DNA of 20,000 bases from an uncultured virus (IMG/VR IMGVR_UViG_3300025070_000011). Its lineage: Duplodnaviria > Heunggongvirae > Uroviricota > Caudoviricetes. A program made the translations under genes and the position numbers. The notes beneath the pieces were generated by a model that was not told the origin of the DNA, did not search any database, and saw only the letters and a list, made by a program, of their open reading frames with translations. Positions 15,272 to 20,000 of the stretch are shown here, in pieces (position 1 is the first letter of the stretch; every line of letters starts with the position of its first letter). The DNA lies in IMG/VR virus record IMGVR_UViG_3300025070_000011; one strand, given 5' to 3'.

Positions 15272-15649
15272 ATGATTGAATTGAATGAAAGTAATTATCT
15301 TGTTTATGCTATAAAACATTACAACAGTCCAGAGTGTTCGGGGATCGAAGACTTTGAGGAAGATGTAAAAAGATTCAAGTATCTGAAGAGGCTGTTTAGA
15401 AGATATGAAAGATCGGGTCAATTAAATGACAGACTCATCTTGAATCACCTTATAGTATTATACAACGTGTTTGATAGACATGCTACTCCAATGTTGTTTT
15501 ACAAGATTGATAAACAACATTGGTCAATACTAAAAACTTTTTTGGTATTCCTAAACCGGATGCCTTTGGAGTCAATAATTACTGGTGGTGTTCGCGGTGA
15601 TGATATACCACTGGACTTTAAAATTATTAACATACTTAGGAATATCTGA
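15272..15649 (+). CDS. Conserved T4-like phage hypothetical protein (DUF7207-like)
   Basis: ELNESNY..YAIKHYNSPEC...DFEEDVKRFKYLKRL...RLILNHLIVLYNVF, recalled as a conserved marine T4-like gene. Confidence 0.7.
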   Translation: MIELNESNYLVYAIKHYNSPECSGIEDFEEDVKRFKYLKRLFRRYERSGQLNDRLILNHLIVLYNVFDRHATPMLFYKIDKQHWSILKTFLVFLNRMPLESIITGGVRGDDIPLDFKIINILRNI

Positions 15650-16197
15650 TGTCAAGAACTGTAGTTGATAGTCTCGTAGCGATAAGACTTCTCAGGTTGT
15701 TTAGTACACCCTACGAGAAGCATCCAGCTTTTGAGATGGGTATCATCGACAATAAAGGCAACAAAATTAAAGACCCTCGCACCTCCGAAGAACGAAACGC
15801 ATACACCTTTTTAGATAGACTCGGATTCAAAATTCGTAGAGCATTGACCACCTCATCAAATGCAGCTGCCAGAAGATTATTAGTATTTGCTTCTGCTATT
15901 GCCATGATAAGAGAAAACAATGACATCGAAAATATGTCAGATGATGAATTTCAAGTTTTACTTGATATGTATTCACAAGATGAAAATGTAATCACTGAGG
16001 CTAAAATTCTAGAAGCTGGTAATGTCCCATTCAAATATTTCATGATGGGAGAAGAAATCGCTAATGTTGCAGGACCAATGACGGGTGGTAAAATCGCTGG
16101 TCTGGGAACTGACGCGCAAGGTGAACCAGGCCGAAAATCCATAGCAATGCCTCTTCAACGTAGAAAGAAGAAGAGGAAGTTTCCAAATGTCAACTGA
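15649..16197 (+). CDS. Conserved T4-like hypothetical protein found upstream of primase (gp61.1-type, tentative)
   Basis: RLLRLFSTPYEKHPAFEMGIIDNKG..IK.P.T.EE..AYT core; C-terminal EEIANV..IAGLG..EPG..RRKKKRK tail. Confidence 0.6.
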   Translation: MSRTVVDSLVAIRLLRLFSTPYEKHPAFEMGIIDNKGNKIKDPRTSEERNAYTFLDRLGFKIRRALTTSSNAAARRLLVFASAIAMIRENNDIENMSDDEFQVLLDMYSQDENVITEAKILEAGNVPFKYFMMGEEIANVAGPMTGGKIAGLGTDAQGEPGRKSIAMPLQRRKKKRKFPNVN

Positions 16198-16624
16198 GAC
16201 CAGAATCGCCGTACTGGAAGCTGATACCAGAAAAATGGAAGGATTTTTTAGTCGTCTTGACACTTCCATAGAAAAAATTGCAGAACTAAACGTATCCATA
16301 CGAGAAGTATTATCTTCTCACGAAACTAGAATTAACGCTACGGAAATCGAATTGGAGACGCAATTTTCTATGTTTGACCAGAGGTATGAACAACTTCACT
16401 CTAGGATCACTACGGTTCATAGAGAATTATCTGAAGAGATGAAAGAAGAGACTAAAAGTCTCATGGATTCTATAGCAGATTTGAAGGATGCAATGTTGGA
16501 TCAACAACGCATAGAAGAAGAACGACTCCGCAATGTAGAAAAGAGACAGTGGATGATTATGGGTGCTGCTGCAGTACTTGGATTTATTGCTGGTAACGCG
16601 AGTCTTATGAACTTATTGGGTTGA
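16187..16624 (+). CDS. Coiled-coil protein with a C-terminal transmembrane helix (XhlA/holin-like architecture)
   Basis: Heptad-rich body then RLRNVEKRQWMIMGAAAVLGFIAG. Confidence 0.6.
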   Translation: MSTETRIAVLEADTRKMEGFFSRLDTSIEKIAELNVSIREVLSSHETRINATEIELETQFSMFDQRYEQLHSRITTVHRELSEEMKEETKSLMDSIADLKDAMLDQQRIEEERLRNVEKRQWMIMGAAAVLGFIAGNASLMNLLG

Positions 16625-16649
16625 CATTTGGCCACATTGGTGGTACTAT
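16621..16649 (+). promoter_or_regulatory. Sigma70-type promoter
   Basis: TTGACA (16621-16626), 17 bp, TG-n-TACTAT (16641-16649). Confidence 0.85.
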
Positions 16650-16655
16650 TATGTA

Positions 16656-17609
16656 ATGATTGTAATCAACGATAACCAAACCAAAGACTCTCTACTGCGT
16701 GGACGATACCACAACGAAGATGTTTTGTTTTACAATTCCAATGAAGTAGAAATTGTACCTGATTACGATTACAACAACCGACCCCTAAAAGTCAAAAGTT
16801 ACACAGAAATCACTGGTAACTTACATCCAAAACAATACCCCGAAAACAACACAAAATTTATTAGTTGGCCGTACTTCTGGTTAATTGATACGGTGAATGC
16901 CTGTTGGGATATCGTAAACAGCGGCGTAGACCCAGAACAATACTGGCAAACATCCCGCCTACCCTGCCAATTGTATACATGTATGTTGGGTCAGAAGAGA
17001 CCCCACAGAGAGATGATTTATGACCTGTTACTGTCACAGAGGTGTATTGGTCAGTATGTCACCTTTGTCGGCAAAGGCATCTATAGGGATGTTGTAGAAC
17101 ACTACAGAGAAGATGTCGATAGATGTGTATGGAAAGGTGATAACCAACAAAAGACTCACAGATTCCCGCCTTGGTATGATCTGTGTCTCATTGACTTGGT
17201 GGTAGAGACACATGAAGATCACACGTTCTATACAGAAAAAACTTGGAAACCGATGCTTGGCATGAGACTACCTCTGATTTTTGGCAACAAAAATATGATG
17301 GACCCACTCATGGAATGGGGATTTCATTTCCCACACCAAATAATCAACTACGAGTATGACATGGAACCAAATCCATATCTCAGGGCAAGAGGGTTGGTTA
17401 GAGAACTCAAACGACTGCGAGAAGAATACACACTACCAGAATTGCATGAAGAAACTTTGGAGTGCCGAAAACACAACCAAAAAAGATGTTTTGAAATCTT
17501 GGAAGAGATTCAACTACCTACCGAAGTACCCCGACTTGCAGATGACGTATCTAGACTAGAAAAATCTTTGAAAATCAAAAAAGACCTTGACTTATACATG
17601 GGTTTCTAG
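16656..17609 (+). CDS. Putative glycosyltransferase-like protein (GT-B / GT10-like C-terminal motif)
   Basis: KRPHR and IDLVVET....FYTEKTWKPMLG..PLIFG...LMEWGF....INYEYD resemble the fucosyltransferase-like E..YxTEK motif. Confidence 0.55.
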   Translation: MIVINDNQTKDSLLRGRYHNEDVLFYNSNEVEIVPDYDYNNRPLKVKSYTEITGNLHPKQYPENNTKFISWPYFWLIDTVNACWDIVNSGVDPEQYWQTSRLPCQLYTCMLGQKRPHREMIYDLLLSQRCIGQYVTFVGKGIYRDVVEHYREDVDRCVWKGDNQQKTHRFPPWYDLCLIDLVVETHEDHTFYTEKTWKPMLGMRLPLIFGNKNMMDPLMEWGFHFPHQIINYEYDMEPNPYLRARGLVRELKRLREEYTLPELHEETLECRKHNQKRCFEILEEIQLPTEVPRLADDVSRLEKSLKIKKDLDLYMGF

Positions 17610-17615
17610 TACTAT
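17587..17615 (+). promoter_or_regulatory. Sigma70-type promoter for primase
   Basis: TTGACT (17587-17592), 17 bp, TACTAT (17610-17615). Confidence 0.75.
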
Positions 17616-17621
17616 AGACTG

Positions 17622-18659
17622 ATGCTATATGTTGACGTAAAATACCTAAACTTCATTTCCTATCGTTTTGAGAAATTCAAGCGCAAGAATGACTATCTCT
17701 TTAATGTGAGATGTCCCTTCTGTGGAGACTCCAAACGCAAACTGAACAAGATGCGTGGATACTTCTTCCGCAAAGAAAACAACATGATCTACAAGTGTCA
17801 CAAATGTGGATACGGAGCTAGTTTTGGGAATGTTTTGAAACAACTTGACCCATTATCATACAAGGAATATTGTTTAGAGAAGTACACCGAGGGAGAAAGA
17901 AAACAGTGGCAACCAACGGGGTCCAATTGGACACCCAACGGACACACCCTCTTTGACAAAAACGAAGAACCAGAACAGCCAAAAGTAAAGACTCTTATAG
18001 ATAATATAATGGACAAGGTAAGCACATTACCATATGACCATGAGGTTGTCGAATATGTGGAGAGTCGAGATATCCCCAAGAAAGTTTGGGACAGACTTTA
18101 CTATATTGACAACATAAAAAATGTTGTACAACTGAATGAGAAGTATGCGGCGAGTATTATTACGGAGGAACCCAGACTAGCAATTCCATTCTTTGACAAA
18201 CACGGTAGATTGACTGCCGTTTCTTTGCGAGCCATGCGTGGTGAGACACTGAGATACATCCTTGTCAAAGTTAGGGAAGATGCTCCTACTGTATTTGGAT
18301 TGGAACAGGTGGATAACACAAAGATGGCCACTGTTGTTGAGGGTCCACTGGATTCTCTGTTTCTTGACAACTGCATTGCGTGTGCCGGAACATCTTTCAA
18401 TAAGATAGATAGTCTAGGTTTTGATCCAGAAAAAATTCGCATCGTTTTTGATAATCAACCGAAGAACAAGGATGTTTGTAAGTTGATGTCAAAGTACGTC
18501 GATCAGAATTACAATGTCGTTATTTGGCCTGAGAGCATATCTCAGAAAGATATAAATGATATGGTAACAAGTGGTTTGAACGTACAAGATATAGTAGACA
18601 ACAACACATACCGTGGACTGTCTGCTCAATTTAACTTTAACCAATGGAAAAAATGTTAG
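17622..18659 (+). CDS. gp61: T4-like DNA primase
   Basis: Zn ribbon RCPFCGDS...YKCHKCG; PRLAIPFF; TOPRIM motifs VVEGPLDSLF, VFDNQP and KDINDM. Confidence 0.96.
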   Translation: MLYVDVKYLNFISYRFEKFKRKNDYLFNVRCPFCGDSKRKLNKMRGYFFRKENNMIYKCHKCGYGASFGNVLKQLDPLSYKEYCLEKYTEGERKQWQPTGSNWTPNGHTLFDKNEEPEQPKVKTLIDNIMDKVSTLPYDHEVVEYVESRDIPKKVWDRLYYIDNIKNVVQLNEKYAASIITEEPRLAIPFFDKHGRLTAVSLRAMRGETLRYILVKVREDAPTVFGLEQVDNTKMATVVEGPLDSLFLDNCIACAGTSFNKIDSLGFDPEKIRIVFDNQPKNKDVCKLMSKYVDQNYNVVIWPESISQKDINDMVTSGLNVQDIVDNNTYRGLSAQFNFNQWKKC

Positions 18660-18662
18660 GAG

Positions 18663-18980
18663 ATGGTAATGGAATTTTTAATTCTTGCCGGTGTCGCAGT
18701 ATTGTTTGTTTGGGGTTTTTGGACTTTCATGTTTAAACCCAAAGCTGAAAAGGCGATTGACAACGCTACTGGAGCATCAAAATCGCTGACACCGGAACAG
18801 GTAGAAGCAAACTATGACGTAGGTCTCGCATCACTCGGACTACCTTCTTATGAAGAGTTGATGAAGTTGACCAAAAAGCAACTAGATGCACAAGCTGCAA
18901 AGCAGGGTATCAAGTTGGACGCTCGTCAAACAAAGAAGAAGATGGTATCCGCGTATCAGGATGGATTGAAGTCTAAGTAA
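18663..18980 (+). CDS. Membrane-anchored protein with a C-terminal HeH/Rho-N-like motif
   Basis: N-terminal TM helix FLILAGVAVLFVWGFWTFMF; LMKLTKKQL..QA...GIKL...QTKKKMV. Confidence 0.6.
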   Translation: MVMEFLILAGVAVLFVWGFWTFMFKPKAEKAIDNATGASKSLTPEQVEANYDVGLASLGLPSYEELMKLTKKQLDAQAAKQGIKLDARQTKKKMVSAYQDGLKSK

Positions 18981-19004
18981 GTTTAAGTTGTAAAGGAATA
19001 TATA

Positions 19005-19700
19005 ATGAGTGAAGTGAATTTGATTAGTGTATCAAAACCTTCTGCTATCACAGGATGTGGCACTGCGGGAGAGTTGGTTTCATATGTTGCTAGGGTGAGT
19101 AACCCCGACAACCAGAATAATAACGAAACCTCTCCCAGACTTTTGCGGTACTTAGCAAAAAATAATCACTGGTCTCCATTTGAAATGGTACACATGACAA
19201 TGGAGATTAAGACTACGCGAGATATCGCCAGACAAATCTTGAGACATCGAAGTTTTAGTTTTCAAGAGTTTAGTCAACGGTATGCAGTCAGTGAAAACTT
19301 TGTTACTCGCCAAGCAAGACTACAAGACCCCAAAAACAGGCAGAATAGTATTGATATTGATATCGATCATCGTGTCCGTAAAGACGGTCTTTCCACCCCA
19401 GAAGGTCGTTTGTCTGAAGAATGGAATATGAAACAGAACCAACATATCCATGAGACAAAAAAGATTTACCAGTGGGCTCTGGACAATGGAATCGCAAAGG
19501 AACAAGCAAGAGCAGTACTACCAGAAGGACTTACAGAATCAACACTGTACATGGCTGGTACATTGCGATCTTGGATTCATTATTGCGATCTACGCCGTGC
19601 AAACGGTACACAAAAAGAACATATGAAAATTGCAGACAAATGTTGGGATATCGTTAAAATTCATTTCCCAGAAATCGCAGACGCATTAGACGAAGAATAA
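19005..19700 (+). CDS. thyX: Flavin-dependent thymidylate synthase
   Basis: HWSPFE, RQILRHRSFSFQEFSQRY (RHRx7S), AKEQARAVLP, RSWIHY, TQKEH. Confidence 0.97.
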   Translation: MSEVNLISVSKPSAITGCGTAGELVSYVARVSNPDNQNNNETSPRLLRYLAKNNHWSPFEMVHMTMEIKTTRDIARQILRHRSFSFQEFSQRYAVSENFVTRQARLQDPKNRQNSIDIDIDHRVRKDGLSTPEGRLSEEWNMKQNQHIHETKKIYQWALDNGIAKEQARAVLPEGLTESTLYMAGTLRSWIHYCDLRRANGTQKEHMKIADKCWDIVKIHFPEIADALDEE

Positions 19701-19709
19701 GGTAAAATA

Positions 19710-20000
19710 ATGGCTAGACAAGATTATTTGGGTATTCAGATTGATACCTCGCGTGACGATTTATTTGATAAGTTGGGTCTGCAAAGACTGAAAGAAAGTT
19801 ACATGACGGATGAGGAAACGACTCCGCAACAAAGATTTGCTTTCGTCAGTAAGGCGTTTGGTTCTAATCCAGAACACGCTCAACGATTGTACGAGTATTC
19901 CAGTAAACATTGGTTGTCATACTCAACCCCGATTCTATCTTACGGTAGATCGAAACGTGGTATGCCTATTTCTTGTTTTCTAAATTATATCAACGACACC
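19710..20000 (+). CDS. nrdA: Class I ribonucleotide reductase alpha subunit, 5' part (runs off the window)
   Basis: MARQDYLGIQIDTSRDDLFDKLGLQRLKESYM...PQQRFA...AQRLYEYSSKHWLSYSTPILSYGRSKRGMPISCFL; contains the STP and ISC motifs; no ATP-cone. Confidence 0.92.
   Translation, partial: MARQDYLGIQIDTSRDDLFDKLGLQRLKESYMTDEETTPQQRFAFVSKAFGSNPEHAQRLYEYSSKHWLSYSTPILSYGRSKRGMPISCFLNYINDT

Overview
A 20 kb, entirely plus-strand, gene-dense segment of a large T4-like myovirus, probably marine and infecting a Gram-negative host. Evidence: gp61-type primase, thyX, 5' end of nrdA, T4-type lysozyme, tRNA-Arg(TCT), six exact T4 late promoters (TATAAATA) and four sigma70-type promoters. Layout: (i) 1-2500, an early cassette of small coupled ORFs behind an IHF-site-flanked promoter; (ii) 2500-16600, a late region; (iii) 16600-20000, replication and nucleotide metabolism. 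The most interesting signal is in the late region. Several ORFs carry N-terminal leaders resembling the T4 capsid-targeting sequence (MKTYQEFIAE), and two long ORFs look like strings of short basic modules separated by acidic [ILV]-x-E linkers, the T4 prohead-protease cleavage motif. The putative cargo includes a ligase-fold protein, an HxGH-type nucleotidyltransferase and a P-loop kinase. I infer a capsid-packaged, protease-processed, injected toolkit, possibly for nucleic-acid repair or anti-defence. All family names come from motif recognition by eye and recollection; no database searches were run.
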